64,000 nt of DNA from Planctomycetota bacterium (lineage in GTDB: Bacteria; Planctomycetota; GCA-002687715; DRQF01), in contig JAZGFI010000235.1 in NCBI GenBank assembly GCA_036479435.1, positions 22,426 through 86,425 of the forward strand. Reading direction: 5' to 3'. The notes below the pieces were generated by a model. The model was given only the letters and a program-made list of their open reading frames with translations. It searched no databases and was not told the origin of the DNA. The position numbers were made by a program, and so were the translations under genes. Each line of letters begins with the position of its first letter. Position 1 is the first letter of the stretch. Positions 18,377-29,497 of the stretch are shown here, piece after piece.

Positions 18377-21300
18377 TCAGCTCTCCTGAGGGGCCGGCCC
18401 GGTCGCCGCTAGAGGACCCGAATCTTCGGACCCTGCATCTTGCAGACCATTTCGGGCGGTGAAAATCGCCTCCTTGAGCGCGAAAGTCGGATTGAAAGAG
18501 TCGCAGGTAATCAAGACATCATCAAGTTTGGACAACAAGAGTTGCCAGTCCTCGACGACCCCACGTTTCCACAGCTCGTGGTAGACCTTGACGACCGCGC
18601 TACGCACCTGCCAATTGCGGTGATAGTGGAGCTTTTCGAGGTCCAACAGAATCGATTCGTCCAAAGCCGTGGCGCCGTAGGCCAACACCGCGGCGACGGC
18701 GACCTCAAAGTTGCGTTCGCGGACGCGAACGCGAAGGCGGGCGTTGGCGCGTTCGCGAGCCGGTGGGGTTAGCACCGTGGCGTAGGTGCGTAGAGCATGA
18801 GCGGCCGTGCTTCGAACTTCGTAATAGGGATCGTCCAATGCCGTCAGGAGAGCGTCTTCAACGTCCGGGTCGATGGCCTCAAGTGTTCTCAGGGCAACGA
18901 CCGCATTGCGACGCACAAAGCCGGGCTGTTCGAAGTCCGCGCCCCAAATACGCGGCCACAATGGTGCCGGGCGTCGGTTCTTGACGATGTCGCAGAGTTC
19001 GTAGCGCAAGGCCTGTATTTTCAACATGCCTGCGAGTTTCACACCGACATTGCGAACACGCCAATCGCTGTTGCCGAGGAAACTCTTGACTCGGCGAGTG
19101 AGGTTGGCGCCCTTCACGGCGGCGGGCCGGTGTAGGGCTACCGAGAGCAAGTGAAAGGGCTTAAGGCAGTAGACGTTAAGCGGCATGGAACGGGCAGGCG
19201 CTCCTCGCCGCTGCCGCGGCAAAAACCTGCTGACGCGCGCCAAGACTTCATCCACCTCGGGAGACTTGGCGACGAAGGCGACACCCAAAAAGACGAGGGC
19301 ACCTAATCCCGCCGGAATGCTGAACACGACCAAGCGTGACAGAACGGTCGGCAGCAAGTCGAAATCCCGAGTGACTTCATAGGTGAACCACGCCACCGGG
19401 GCGGCAGCTAGGGTTCCCAGCATCGTCGCTTGCAAGGAGGGCAAAAGGTCTTTGGCTTGAAAGCCTCCGCCGTCGCGAGTGAGATTGCGATTGAGATGCC
19501 AAATGCGGAACAGGCCGTTCGCCAAGAATGAAATCGAAGTTCCCAGCGCAACGCCAACGAAGGACAGGTTTAATCCGAACGCAAAGTAGAGTGACAACAC
19601 GATGTTGAGGGCGACGGCGCCGAGGTTGATCAACATCGCTTGGCCGACCTCAAGCCTCGCGGCGTAGAAGCGACCGGTAAGGCCCTGCAAACCCCACCCG
19701 ATCAAACCAATCGAGTAGGCGCAGAGAGCCGCCGCGACTTTCTGCGTGTCGGAGACATCAAAGTTGCCGTACTCCAACACCAACTCGACTGTGGGAACCG
19801 ACAACACCACCATCAATGCCGAGATCGGAATCAGCAAGAACACGTTCCAGTTGATCCCGCTAGTGACCAGGCGGCGGCAGTAATCCAGATCACGCGCGGC
19901 CTGCGACTCAGAAAACTCTTTGAGGGCGACCGTATTGATCGACTGCGACACCAAAGCAAAGGGAAGTTGAAACAAGACCAAAGCGAAGAAGAGGGTCGAA
20001 GGGTCTCCGACGGCGAGCGTTGAGACGATCATGATGTCGACGACGGAGCCGACTTTCGAAATCGTGACGTCGCCAAGGATCTTCGGCGCCGCGCCGCGCA
20101 CCTTTTTGGCGCCCGTCTCTCCCCATGCGAACAGAGGGCGGAAGTCGACCTTGAAGCCCCGTCGAAACTCTTTGCCCAAGATCACGGGCAAATGGAGGGC
20201 GGCTTGCCCCAAGCCCCCGAGCAACACCCCAACTCCCAATCCCATGATTCCCAGCCGGGGATAGAGAAGGATGCCGACGATGACGCCGATGCTGTACATC
20301 AGCGACGCGTAAGCGGGAAGGCCGAAGCGATTGTGAGCCCGGCAGACCGCACTGAAAATCGCCGCCACCGTAACCAGGACGAGGTAGGGCAACATGAGCC
20401 GAGTCAGGGTGATGGCGTCGCCAATCAAACCCTTGGCGACAAAGCCAGGCAAGACCCAAGGCAGCCACCAGTGTACCGTCAGCATCGCCAGGGCCGCCAC
20501 GACGGCAGAGGCGCCGACTACCGTGGTGAAGACGGTTCGCAGCAAGCGCTGTGCTTCTTCGGGACGGCCATTGCGCCGCAACATCATGAAGCTCGGCAAG
20601 AACGCGCTGTCGATGGCGTTCTCGGCGAAGATGCGTCGAAAGAGGTTCGAGATTGTCAGGCTGGCGGCAAAGATATCCATGACGCCGGTGGTGGCGAAAG
20701 TGAGACCCAGCACCAGGGTTCGAACCAAGCCAAAACAACGCGAAAGAAGGGTCCCTAGCCCGGTTGCGATAACTCGCGAAAGAACGCTTCCGCGTTGATG
20801 GGGAATTTCGAGAGTTCGAATCTTGGCATCGAAAGTCAGCCGATTGGGACCAATGCTCAAGACTTGACCGGGCGACAGTTTGGTTTTGCTCTCAACTTTG
20901 ATGCCGTCTACCGAGATCTGTCCACGCCGCGGAATCAGAAGATACTCGGTGTTCTCGCGACCCACTCCGACGCGGCGAATCAAGGCACGTTCGCGCTGGC
21001 CGCGGTCCTTCAAGACGATGTCGGAGCCACTTCCGTGTCCGAGGGTGCTGACGTTGAAGAGCAACTCGGTTTCGATCCCAGTCGCATCGCGAATCAAGCC
21101 CACTAACTGCTGCTGACTCTTGCTAGTGGGCGCGGGGGGAGGAGACGCCAAGGCGAGAACGGCATCGGTGTTGGCGGCTAGGGCATTGGGCACGACGAGT
21201 TCCCGAAGCGCTTCCGACATCGATTCTCGACGCGCCGAGTCTTCGAGAAGCTCGCGGACTCGGCGCGCTAGTTGATCGCCGTGAACTCGCGTGATCGCTG

Positions 21301-22309
21301 CCCGCCCTTCGTCGTAGCTTTCTTCGAGCATGACGTCGGCGCGACCTTGGTCTTTCAGCGTGATGGCGTTTGCAAGCTGATGGGCATCGGCCCCATCGCT
21401 CTTGGGGATGAGAAGGATGGGCTTGCCTAGCGTCGCAAGCTCCATGATCGCTCCCGCACCGGCGCGCGTCACGATGAGGTCACTCGCCCCGTAGGCGGCT
21501 TCGATCTCGTCAAAAAATCGTCTCGGAAGATAGCGTTCCCGGCGCTGCGGACTCAGCGAAGTTTTCTCAAGGCGAAGTCGGGTGTCGTTCCAGGCGTCAT
21601 AGGCGCCGCGTTCGGCCAATCCCGTGCTGTGAATGACGGTGATGTTCTCGTCTTCGAGAAGTCGATTCAGGCCGTCGATCGTGGCCCGGTTGATCGATCG
21701 TGATCCCATCGATCCGCCAACAAAAAAAGCAACACGGTGGTGATTCGGAATCCCGAGTCGCTCGCGGTGCTCTTGGCGGCTAGCGTTGCCAAATCGAGCG
21801 CGAACGGGATAGCCAGCGTGGATCGCCTTGCTTTCGGGAAAAAAGTCGAGCGATTCCCGAAAAGAAACTCCGATCTTGGTCGCGAAACGCGACAGCAATA
21901 GGTTCGCTTTGCCGGGGTGGACGTTTTGTTCGTGCAAATAAATGGGTCGGCGGAGAATCGCCGCCGCCAACACCGTTGGCACGGACACATAGCCGCCGCT
22001 GGCGACGACAACGTCGGGACGAAATCGCCACAGCGTCACGAGCGCACGCAATACTCCTAAGCAAAGGGCGAGGCTAAAACGCGCAAAGGCGTAAAGACGG
22101 CGGGGCGAAACGAAGGGGTGCGCGGACAGGGATAGAAAGGGAATCTCGGCCTTGCCGACCATCTCGTGTTCGGCGCCACGCGCCGTGCCGAGATAGAGAA
22201 TCTCTGCCTCCGGTTCACGTTGCCGTAATTCGCGAATGATCGCGAGATTGGGCGTGACGTGTCCTCCGGTCCCTCCGCCGGTAAAAACAAAACGCTGATT
22301 GCGACTCAA
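18377..22309 (-). CDS. Fusion protein: MurG glycosyltransferase + FHA-like domain + MurJ/MviN lipid II flippase + HEAT repeats
   Basis: aa ~1-385 GGGTGGH, GGYVS, HEQN, GGSMGS, RAGA, HQLANA (MurG); aa ~405-497 FHA-like; aa ~507-1027 SRCFGLVR, FRRIFAE, SAFLP, FQLP, FYA (MurJ); C-terminal DWRVR, DPYYEVR, NWQVR (HEAT). Confidence 0.88.
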   Translation of the reverse strand: MSRNQRFVFTGGGTGGHVTPNLAIIRELRQREPEAEILYLGTARGAEHEMVGKAEIPFLSLSAHPFVSPRRLYAFARFSLALCLGVLRALVTLWRFRPDVVVASGGYVSVPTVLAAAILRRPIYLHEQNVHPGKANLLLSRFATKIGVSFRESLDFFPESKAIHAGYPVRARFGNASRQEHRERLGIPNHHRVAFFVGGSMGSRSINRATIDGLNRLLEDENITVIHSTGLAERGAYDAWNDTRLRLEKTSLSPQRRERYLPRRFFDEIEAAYGASDLIVTRAGAGAIMELATLGKPILLIPKSDGADAHQLANAITLKDQGRADVMLEESYDEGRAAITRVHGDQLARRVRELLEDSARRESMSEALRELVVPNALAANTDAVLALASPPPAPTSKSQQQLVGLIRDATGIETELLFNVSTLGHGSGSDIVLKDRGQRERALIRRVGVGRENTEYLLIPRRGQISVDGIKVESKTKLSPGQVLSIGPNRLTFDAKIRTLEIPHQRGSVLSRVIATGLGTLLSRCFGLVRTLVLGLTFATTGVMDIFAASLTISNLFRRIFAENAIDSAFLPSFMMLRRNGRPEEAQRLLRTVFTTVVGASAVVAALAMLTVHWWLPWVLPGFVAKGLIGDAITLTRLMLPYLVLVTVAAIFSAVCRAHNRFGLPAYASLMYSIGVIVGILLYPRLGIMGLGVGVLLGGLGQAALHLPVILGKEFRRGFKVDFRPLFAWGETGAKKVRGAAPKILGDVTISKVGSVVDIMIVSTLAVGDPSTLFFALVLFQLPFALVSQSINTVALKEFSESQAARDLDYCRRLVTSGINWNVFLLIPISALMVVLSVPTVELVLEYGNFDVSDTQKVAAALCAYSIGLIGWGLQGLTGRFYAARLEVGQAMLINLGAVALNIVLSLYFAFGLNLSFVGVALGTSISFLANGLFRIWHLNRNLTRDGGGFQAKDLLPSLQATMLGTLAAAPVAWFTYEVTRDFDLLPTVLSRLVVFSIPAGLGALVFLGVAFVAKSPEVDEVLARVSRFLPRQRRGAPARSMPLNVYCLKPFHLLSVALHRPAAVKGANLTRRVKSFLGNSDWRVRNVGVKLAGMLKIQALRYELCDIVKNRRPAPLWPRIWGADFEQPGFVRRNAVVALRTLEAIDPDVEDALLTALDDPYYEVRSTAAHALRTYATVLTPPARERANARLRVRVRERNFEVAVAAVLAYGATALDESILLDLEKLHYHRNWQVRSAVVKVYHELWKRGVVEDWQLLLSKLDDVLITCDSFNPTFALKEAIFTARNGLQDAGSEDSGPLAATGPAPQES

Positions 22310-22581
22310 TTTGGACTCCCCATCGCCCGGCGGAATCTCAGTACGGAGACTCCCTGGCTATGCCGACGCGCAGCCCCCAGCCTACTGGTCGCCGCCGACG
22401 GCTCTTGGGCCTGAAGTTCGCGGCATGAGCCCTCAGGAAATGTCATTCCCAGGGTTGGAGAGGTGTTTGTGTTTGTTTGGGTTCGCCCCGTTCCTGGTGG
22501 ATGGCAGGGGGCGAAACTTCGCAACCACCGCCGAGGTCGCGAAGGGCCAGAATAGCCGGGCTGGCGCCGAAAGTGAAGTGG

Positions 22582-23598
22582 CTACTCCGTCACTTTCGGG
22601 ATGACCCCATCTTGGGCATCGAGCTCGGCGTTTAAGCGCCTTCGCTTGGACCAACGCATGATGACCAAAAAGAAAGTGATCACCGCGATAAAGGCCCCGA
22701 ATCCAAACTCCATGAGCTTGCCCGGCGGAAACCCGAACCAACTTCGCTGACCCTCTAGCCATTCGGCCTCTAGGCCCGCGCGATCGACCCCGATCACGGC
22801 TTTTAGCGAGAAGTCGAGATCGAAACCGCGACTGAGCAGCTTCAGTAGATCGGGGATGTTGCGTCTTTTGCTGCCACGCTCTGCGATGAAACGGACGAGG
22901 GACAAGGACTGGACGTAGGCCAGCTGGCTAGCCCCCTCTTCGTCGGGAAAATCCCGTTCGAGTTCGTGAAGCGGAATCAGGGAATTTGCGGCGCGGGCCC
23001 TTTCCAAGACTTCGTTGCTCCCCCAAAACACTTTTTCACTCGTCCATTGTGCGAGCCCTTCGTTGAGCCAAGTCGGAATAATGCAGCGCGGGCGGACCCT
23101 CATGAGGTGTCCCAAAAAACAGTGCACGAGCTCGTGTTGGAAGATGGTTTCGAGAGTCTCGCGGTGATTCGCGGTCCAGGCGCGGCTCTTAAGGATAATG
23201 AGGTCCTGGAATCCGAAGGCCACCGCCGCGATGTGGTCCGGCTTGGGCCGACCTCCTTCGGCGATGATGTTGGCGTTGAAGGCCTCGTGATCCCGAAAAA
23301 GCCGGACCCGAAGGCGTTGCGGGTAAGAAAACCCTAGTCGTTCCTGGGTTTCTCGCAAGATCCGGGGGTAAAACTCGCGAATGCGGCGGGCGGCACCCTC
23401 CAGGCCGTCCGCCGCCTGAATGTCGAGTGCTTGGGGGTCCGAGGGAGCTTGTTTGAGAAAGGAACCCCGCGCTTCGGCCCCTTTTTGGCCTGCAGCTGCG
23501 GCAACTGGCGGGCCTTGCGGCGGCACGCTCGCCGAAATCGGGGACGAAAGCGCCCACAGCATCGCTAAGACCGAGACCGGGACGAAGACGAGTCCCAT
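22582..23598 (-). CDS. Peptidase MA-like zinc metalloprotease, membrane-anchored; start uncertain
   Basis: HELVH (HExxH), PTWLNEGLA, LAYVQS; N- and C-terminal hydrophobic segments. Confidence 0.8.
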   Translation of the reverse strand: MGLVFVPVSVLAMLWALSSPISASVPPQGPPVAAAAGQKGAEARGSFLKQAPSDPQALDIQAADGLEGAARRIREFYPRILRETQERLGFSYPQRLRVRLFRDHEAFNANIIAEGGRPKPDHIAAVAFGFQDLIILKSRAWTANHRETLETIFQHELVHCFLGHLMRVRPRCIIPTWLNEGLAQWTSEKVFWGSNEVLERARAANSLIPLHELERDFPDEEGASQLAYVQSLSLVRFIAERGSKRRNIPDLLKLLSRGFDLDFSLKAVIGVDRAGLEAEWLEGQRSWFGFPPGKLMEFGFGAFIAVITFFLVIMRWSKRRRLNAELDAQDGVIPKVTE

Positions 23599-23657
23599 CA
23601 GCGCCGGGCCAAGAGGGCTGTTAGCATGGCGGCCCCTACTCACCATCGAGAGTTTTT

Positions 23658-24542
23658 GTGTCCTCAACATTCGTAGCCAAGCTATCAGCCCTTGAGATGT
23701 CCGCGCTGGAAAACGCCATGCGCGGCGGCAGTTTTAGTTTCAAAGCCCTGGCCTATGCAGTCTTTAGCGCCAAGGGTGAAGGGGTTTCCTGTGCTCTTTA
23801 TAACTCCGGAAAATGCGTGGTGCAGGGCAAAGGTACCGAGCAATTCGTCGCCCATTATCTTCCTAATCACGCGGTTGCCCTGGAGGCACCCCTAAGGCTG
23901 GAAGCCGAGTTCACCCAAACGGTGATCGGCAGCGACGAGTCGGGCAAAGGCGACTATTTTGGACCTCTGGTTACCGCAGCAGTGGCCTGTGGCCCCGAAC
24001 ACGCGGTACTGCTCGAGGACGTTTTGGTTACCGACAGCAAAAAGATGTCCGCCGGAGCTATTCGGCAGAGCGCCGCGGGTATTCGCGAGACTCTCGACTA
24101 CGCGATCGTGGTCATCAATCCCGAGCGCTACAACCAGCTTTACGCCAAGATCGGCAACCTCAACAAGTTGCTCGCATGGTGCCACGGCACGGCGATCGAA
24201 GAGGTGTTGGAAAAAAGAGACGTCGGCATGCTGGTCGTCGACAAGTTTTGCGACGAGCGAACGCTACTGGCCGGGTTTAAGCCCAAAGCCAAAACCAAAC
24301 AATTGGTGCTGCGTCCCAAAGCGGAAAGTAATCCGGCGGTCGGTGCCGCTTCGATTCTCGCCTCGGACGCCTTTACACGCGGACTCGAGAAACTTGGGCG
24401 CGACAACAATCTCAAGCTGCCGAAGGGCGCCGGCAGCCCCGTCGAAGCCGCGGCGAGGAGGCTGCTCCAATCTCAGGGTCGCGAAGTTCTGAGTCGGGTG
24501 GCAAAGATGCACTTTCGGACGACGGAAAAAATCGGCGGATGA
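23658..24542 (+). CDS. rnhC: Ribonuclease HIII
   Basis: N-terminal YNSGKCVVQG (TBP-like), IGSDESGKGDYFGPL, DSKK, AASILA, LPKGA, KMHF. Confidence 0.95.
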   Translation: MSSTFVAKLSALEMSALENAMRGGSFSFKALAYAVFSAKGEGVSCALYNSGKCVVQGKGTEQFVAHYLPNHAVALEAPLRLEAEFTQTVIGSDESGKGDYFGPLVTAAVACGPEHAVLLEDVLVTDSKKMSAGAIRQSAAGIRETLDYAIVVINPERYNQLYAKIGNLNKLLAWCHGTAIEEVLEKRDVGMLVVDKFCDERTLLAGFKPKAKTKQLVLRPKAESNPAVGAASILASDAFTRGLEKLGRDNNLKLPKGAGSPVEAAARRLLQSQGREVLSRVAKMHFRTTEKIGG

Positions 24543-24555
24543 TCGAGGTCAAACC

Positions 24556-26553
24556 GTGATCGAAACGGTGGTCGCAACCCTAATCGCGTGGATTCTCGCA
24601 ACTGCTGCTGCTGGAGGAGCGAGTGGGGAGCCCCTCCTTGACGGGTTTTGGGCTTGGGCTCTACCGGTGGCCTATGTCGCCATCGTGCCCATCGTGCGCG
24701 GCCTGTACGCTCGAGTTTTCGTGAAGCGAATCGCTGCGATTCGCCGCGGGCAATCGGGGTTTTCCGGTGCGGTGACCTTGCTTCAGGTCATCGGTTTCGC
24801 GGCACTGTGCAACAGCGGATGGGCGCAGTCATGGTTTGCGGGCCGACCTAATTTCGAGCTGGCCGCGCTCATGATGCCCTGGTTCGCCGCGCACGCTCTA
24901 TCTTTGTTCGCGCGGCGAGCGGTGGATCAAGCGCGCACGAATCGCGCCTGGTCTTTTGCCTCCTATTGGCATCTTCACTTGCGCCTGTTGCTGCTGCCGA
25001 CGCTGCTCGTGCTGCTGTTGCTAGTCGTAGAGCGCGTGAGCGCTGGTGTCTTTTGGGGCGACGAAGTCATGGCCGCCTTCCCCATTTTGGCCGCCGCTAT
25101 GGTCTTGGTGGCGATTGGGCTGTCTTTTGTCTTGGCGCCCTTCTTTTTGAGGATTGCCCTGCCCACGCGCACTTTGGCGAAGGGCGTTCTTCGGGACCGC
25201 CTCGAGGCACTGGCCGCCAATGAGGGGTTCAAGCTGCGCGACATTCGCGTGATTGAAACCGATCGCAACGTCGTGAACGCGGCGCTGGTCGGACTCATGG
25301 GCTGGGCGCGCTACGTTTTCTTCTCCGACGGCATTCTCGATCGTCTTGACGAGGACGACTTGGTGGGGGTGTTCGCGCACGAGATGGGCCACGCCCAGCG
25401 GCGGCACCTGCTCTTGAACTTCATCATGTTGGCGTCTTTTATCGCGCTCATGACGGTTATCAGCACCTTGTTGCTGCGATCCGTCGGAGTGTCGTCTTGG
25501 GTTGAGTACGGGTTGCCCATTGTTGCGATGCCCGCTTTCTTGATCCTGTTCTTTTTTCCGACCACGCGAGCCTTCGAAACCGAAGCTGACGTTTACGCGG
25601 GGGAGGTTTTGGGTGGAGCCAAGGGAATCCACCCGGCGCTGAGTTCCATCGCGCGGCTGTTCCCATCAAAAATGGCGAAAGGGGGCATCTTGCACCCCAG
25701 CCTTTCGCAACGTCTCGAGTTCCTCACCCGCTACTTCGAAAGCGAAGATGTTCGAAGCGAGTTTCGCGTTCGCGGCATCAAGTTACGAGCTCGTGTTCTC
25801 GCGCTGGCGGCGTGCGCGATTTTGGTTTGGGGTGCGGTTCTTCCCGGTGAGCTGAGTCGAGGCGGCCTGTTGCTGCGGGTCGAAAAGGCCTACCGCAACG
25901 ACGACGAGGCTCTCGCGAAGGAGGCTTTGGTTGATCTCGACGCGGCGGTGGCCAAAGGCCGTGAACAAGACCCCAATTTTCGCCTTCGCATGCCGCTGTG
26001 GCAGGTCATCAGCACGGAATACCAAGATCGTGGCGACTACGAGGGGGCCGAGTTTTGGCTCGACAAGATGCGGGCCGCGCGTGACTCCTTTGCGGTGGAC
26101 GATGCCGCCAGCCACTACAGCGCGGCCATCATCTTGGCGCAACAGGCGGCGGCCAAAGGCCGCTGGCCCGCCTTTAGCCGCGAGCTTGACCGCGCCGCAC
26201 ACTGGCTCGAGAAGTTGGAGTTGCGCTACGAGACCGCCCCCAGGTCCCTTTTGAAGGAGAGAATTGACCTCGGCTTCCTGCGTCGCGGCGTCCAGCTCTT
26301 GGAACGGCGAAAGGTCTTGGTGATGACCGGCACGCATCCTCCGCTCCCCGCCTTGCCCCTTGGGCCTGAGTACGATCTGATTTGCCGGTGGACCATCGCC
26401 CCGGACGCCGCCCCCCTAAGCGGCGAAGATGCTCTCGACAGCCCCGCCATGAAGGGATTGAAGGAGCGCTGGCGCCGGGATTTTCTGCTTCAGCTGGCGG
26501 CCATTTCTGCACCCCGCAAAACGCCCTCAAACCCGAGCCCTGACGGGCAATAA
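24556..26553 (+). CDS. M48 (Ste24/HtpX) family membrane metallopeptidase with C-terminal TPR-like region
   Basis: Multiple TMs, NAALVG, AHEMGH, ETEAD, HPSLSQR. Confidence 0.85.
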   Translation: MIETVVATLIAWILATAAAGGASGEPLLDGFWAWALPVAYVAIVPIVRGLYARVFVKRIAAIRRGQSGFSGAVTLLQVIGFAALCNSGWAQSWFAGRPNFELAALMMPWFAAHALSLFARRAVDQARTNRAWSFASYWHLHLRLLLLPTLLVLLLLVVERVSAGVFWGDEVMAAFPILAAAMVLVAIGLSFVLAPFFLRIALPTRTLAKGVLRDRLEALAANEGFKLRDIRVIETDRNVVNAALVGLMGWARYVFFSDGILDRLDEDDLVGVFAHEMGHAQRRHLLLNFIMLASFIALMTVISTLLLRSVGVSSWVEYGLPIVAMPAFLILFFFPTTRAFETEADVYAGEVLGGAKGIHPALSSIARLFPSKMAKGGILHPSLSQRLEFLTRYFESEDVRSEFRVRGIKLRARVLALAACAILVWGAVLPGELSRGGLLLRVEKAYRNDDEALAKEALVDLDAAVAKGREQDPNFRLRMPLWQVISTEYQDRGDYEGAEFWLDKMRAARDSFAVDDAASHYSAAIILAQQAAAKGRWPAFSRELDRAAHWLEKLELRYETAPRSLLKERIDLGFLRRGVQLLERRKVLVMTGTHPPLPALPLGPEYDLICRWTIAPDAAPLSGEDALDSPAMKGLKERWRRDFLLQLAAISAPRKTPSNPSPDGQ

Positions 26554-26694
26554 GTGCTTGAAACTAAAGCACTTTTGGTTAAATTCCTCGGTTCGCGACC
26601 ACGTCTAAATTCATCCTGATTCAAGGGGGTGAAACGCGGTCGTAAGCTCTTCCCGAACAAGGGTTAAGGACGGCCGCTTTCAGGCCGAAACGGC

Positions 26695-29190
26695 ATGAGC
26701 GAAAAAGACCCCGAATCAGGCGATCAAGAGGAAGTGGACCTCAATCTCCGAGTGGCCGAGCAACAGCTCGATCAGGAGATGAAAGAGTCTTACCTGTCCT
26801 ACGCCATGAGCGTCATTATCCAGCGCGCTCTACCCGATGTGCGCGACGGCCTGAAGCCCTCTCAGCGCCGTATCATGGTGGCGATGAACGACCTGAATCT
26901 TGGGCCGCGCACGAAGTTTCGCAAGTGCGCCAAGATTGTTGGTGACGCGACGGGTAACTATCACCCGCATGGAGACCAGACCGTCTACCCGACACTGGTG
27001 CGCCTAGCTCAAGGCTTCAACATGCGCTACAAGCTGATCGACCCGCAGGGGAACTTCGGCTACGTCGACGGCTCACCGCCCGCCGCGATGCGCTATACCG
27101 AAGCCCGCATGACGGCGTCGGCGACCGAGATGCTCGACGACCTCGAAAAAGACACCGTCGACTTCGAGCCGAACTACGACGATACGCGGCTTGAACCCTC
27201 GGTGTTGCCCGCACGTTTCCCAAACCTGCTCTGTAACGGATCACAGGGCATTGCCGTCGGGATGGCGACGAGTATCCCGCCCCACAACGTGGGGGAGACT
27301 TGTGACGCTTTGATCGCGCTCATCGAGAACCCCGACATCGAGTTTGCCGAGATTCTACGGCACATTCCCGGGCCGGATTTTCCGACGGGCGGCATCATTT
27401 GTGGGCGCGCTGGCATTACCAAGGCCTATCTTACCGGCCGAGGCCTGATCACGGTGCGCGGTAAGGTTGATATCGAGCAAAAGCGGGGTGATCGCCAAGC
27501 CATCGTCATTACCGAGCTGCCCTACCAGGTCAATCCCAACACGATCTTCGACCGCCTCAAGATCTTGATCGCCGACGGCATCATCAAGGGCATTACGAAC
27601 GTCAACGACGAAACGGACCGCCGAGCCGGCCTCCGCTTGGTTATTGACATCAAGCGCGGCGAGAACGCCGAGCTTATTACGAATCAGCTCTACAAGATGA
27701 CGCCGTTGCAGTCGACTTTCAGCATCATCATGTTGGCCCTCGACAAAGGGCGGCCCCGCACCTTTGATTTGAAGGGGATGTTGGAGGCGTTCCGCGATCA
27801 CCGCATCGTCGTCATTCAGCGTCGGACGCGCTACTTGTTGCGCAAAGCACTTGACCGCTGCCACATCGTGGAAGGTCTAAGAATTGCCGTCGCCAACATC
27901 GACGAAGTCGTTCGACTGATTCGGGAATCGAAAAACCCGGAGTTGGCACGCGATGCTCTAATCGCGACCTTTGAGCTGTCGAAGCGCCAAGCGGACGCCA
28001 TCTTGGCCATGCGTTTGGCGCGCCTCACGGGCCTTGAAGTCACCAAACTCGAGGAGGAGTACCGTCTTCTTCTTGAAGAGATCGAACGTCTGAAGTCGAT
28101 CCTGGGTGATGTCTCAATCGTCCACGGCATGATCATGGACGACCTTCGGGAGATGAAGGAAAAGTTTGGCGACCCGCGCCGGACCGCTATCGAAGAAGTT
28201 GAGACCGAGATCGAAGACGAGTCTTTGATCGAAGACGAGTCCGTCATAGTTTCCGTGTCGCACTCTGGCTACATCAAACGTGCGGTCACTGAGACCTATC
28301 GTGCCCAGGGTCGAGGCGGCAAGGGAGTGGCGGGCGCCGATCTGAAAGACGGCGACTTCATCGAACGGATCATCGCCGCGCGCACGAAGGACTTCTTCCT
28401 CATCTTTACCGACCGGGGTCGGATGCACTGGTTGAAGGTCTACCGAATCCCTGAGATGTCGCGGACGAGCCGCGGCCGGGCCGTCGTGAATCTCTTGCAG
28501 CTGCAAGACGACGAATCGGTGACCTCGATCATCCCTGTTCGCGAATTCGATGAGCGCTTTTTGGTCATGGTCACGGAGAAGGGCTTCATCAAAAAAACGC
28601 CCCTTTCCGCCTTCAGCAACGTACGTTCCGCCGGCATCATCGCGATCTCGCTGGACGAAGGTGATCGGCTCCGCAAGGCCGTCATCACCGAAGGCGAAAA
28701 CGAGATCCTCGTCGCCACAGCTTCGGGTCAGGCCATTCGCTTCCCGGAGACGGGAGTGCGACCGATGGGCCGCACCGCGCGAGGCGTTCGCGCCCTGAAG
28801 TTCAAAAAAGAAGACGATCGGGTCGTGGGTGTCGTCGTGATCCAAGACGACACGACCTTGCTGACCATCTGTGAGGGTGGCTACGGCAAGCGCACCGAAT
28901 TCTCGGAATACCGGGCCCAAGGTCGCGGTGGTTCCGGTATTCGCAACATCAAGACCCCAGAACGCAACGGATCAGTGGTGAACGTCTTGGCGGTTCGTGA
29001 TGACGAGGACCTCATCTTCATGTCCGAAAAGGGCATGGTCATGCGGACGGGCGTCGACACAGTTTCTCTTATTGGTCGTGACACTCAAGGCGTTCGGGTG
29101 ATGGGCTTAAAGCCCGAAGACCGCCTCGTCGCCTGTGCCATCTTGGCCAGGGAGCCGGACGAAGTGGTTCCCGAGGAAGAAGAATCTTGA
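26695..29190 (+). CDS. gyrA: DNA gyrase subunit A
   Basis: [25 protein letters not shown], GyrA box QGRGGKG, beta-pinwheel repeats. Confidence 0.98.
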   Translation: MSEKDPESGDQEEVDLNLRVAEQQLDQEMKESYLSYAMSVIIQRALPDVRDGLKPSQRRIMVAMNDLNLGPRTKFRKCAKIVGDATGNYHPHGDQTVYPTLVRLAQGFNMRYKLIDPQGNFGYVDGSPPAAMRYTEARMTASATEMLDDLEKDTVDFEPNYDDTRLEPSVLPARFPNLLCNGSQGIAVGMATSIPPHNVGETCDALIALIENPDIEFAEILRHIPGPDFPTGGIICGRAGITKAYLTGRGLITVRGKVDIEQKRGDRQAIVITELPYQVNPNTIFDRLKILIADGIIKGITNVNDETDRRAGLRLVIDIKRGENAELITNQLYKMTPLQSTFSIIMLALDKGRPRTFDLKGMLEAFRDHRIVVIQRRTRYLLRKALDRCHIVEGLRIAVANIDEVVRLIRESKNPELARDALIATFELSKRQADAILAMRLARLTGLEVTKLEEEYRLLLEEIERLKSILGDVSIVHGMIMDDLREMKEKFGDPRRTAIEEVETEIEDESLIEDESVIVSVSHSGYIKRAVTETYRAQGRGGKGVAGADLKDGDFIERIIAARTKDFFLIFTDRGRMHWLKVYRIPEMSRTSRGRAVVNLLQLQDDESVTSIIPVREFDERFLVMVTEKGFIKKTPLSAFSNVRSAGIIAISLDEGDRLRKAVITEGENEILVATASGQAIRFPETGVRPMGRTARGVRALKFKKEDDRVVGVVVIQDDTTLLTICEGGYGKRTEFSEYRAQGRGGSGIRNIKTPERNGSVVNVLAVRDDEDLIFMSEKGMVMRTGVDTVSLIGRDTQGVRVMGLKPEDRLVACAILAREPDEVVPEEEES

Positions 29191-29420
29191 TGGCTCGCAA
29201 AAAACCGCAGGCCTCAGCTTGCAAGACCACGAATCCCGTTGAGATCCTGGAGAATTTGGGGAGTATTTCTGAACTTAGCGAACTTGATGGCGCACAAAGC
29301 TTTAGCGAAGCGCCGATCTCCACGAGAGCGTGTTTTTAGCAGATTTGAGACAGATTTTGCGCCGTTTTGGGCTGAACCTCGCCAAGAGGAGTGGGAAAAA
29401 CGGTGCTTAGGGCTCGTTGG

Positions 29421-29457
29421 TAGCGCCAAGGCTTAACAGCCTTGGCGCTATCTTTTT
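29421..29457 (+). terminator. Intrinsic terminator downstream of gyrA
   Basis: TAGCGCCAAGGC-TTAACA-GCCTTGGCGCTA followed by TCTTTTT. Confidence 0.8.
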
Positions 29458-29497
29458 AGCTCGACTTTAGGCGCGTCGGACGCCAGTTCTCGTTGCC

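Noticed and set aside
22480..22520. Hairpin TTCGCCCC...GGGGCGAA upstream of the MurG-MurJ fusion
   Set aside because: Single stem with no U-tract or riboswitch motif; insufficient support.
29190..29436. Short ORFs directly after gyrA
   Set aside because: No motifs or clear RBS; cannot be supported.
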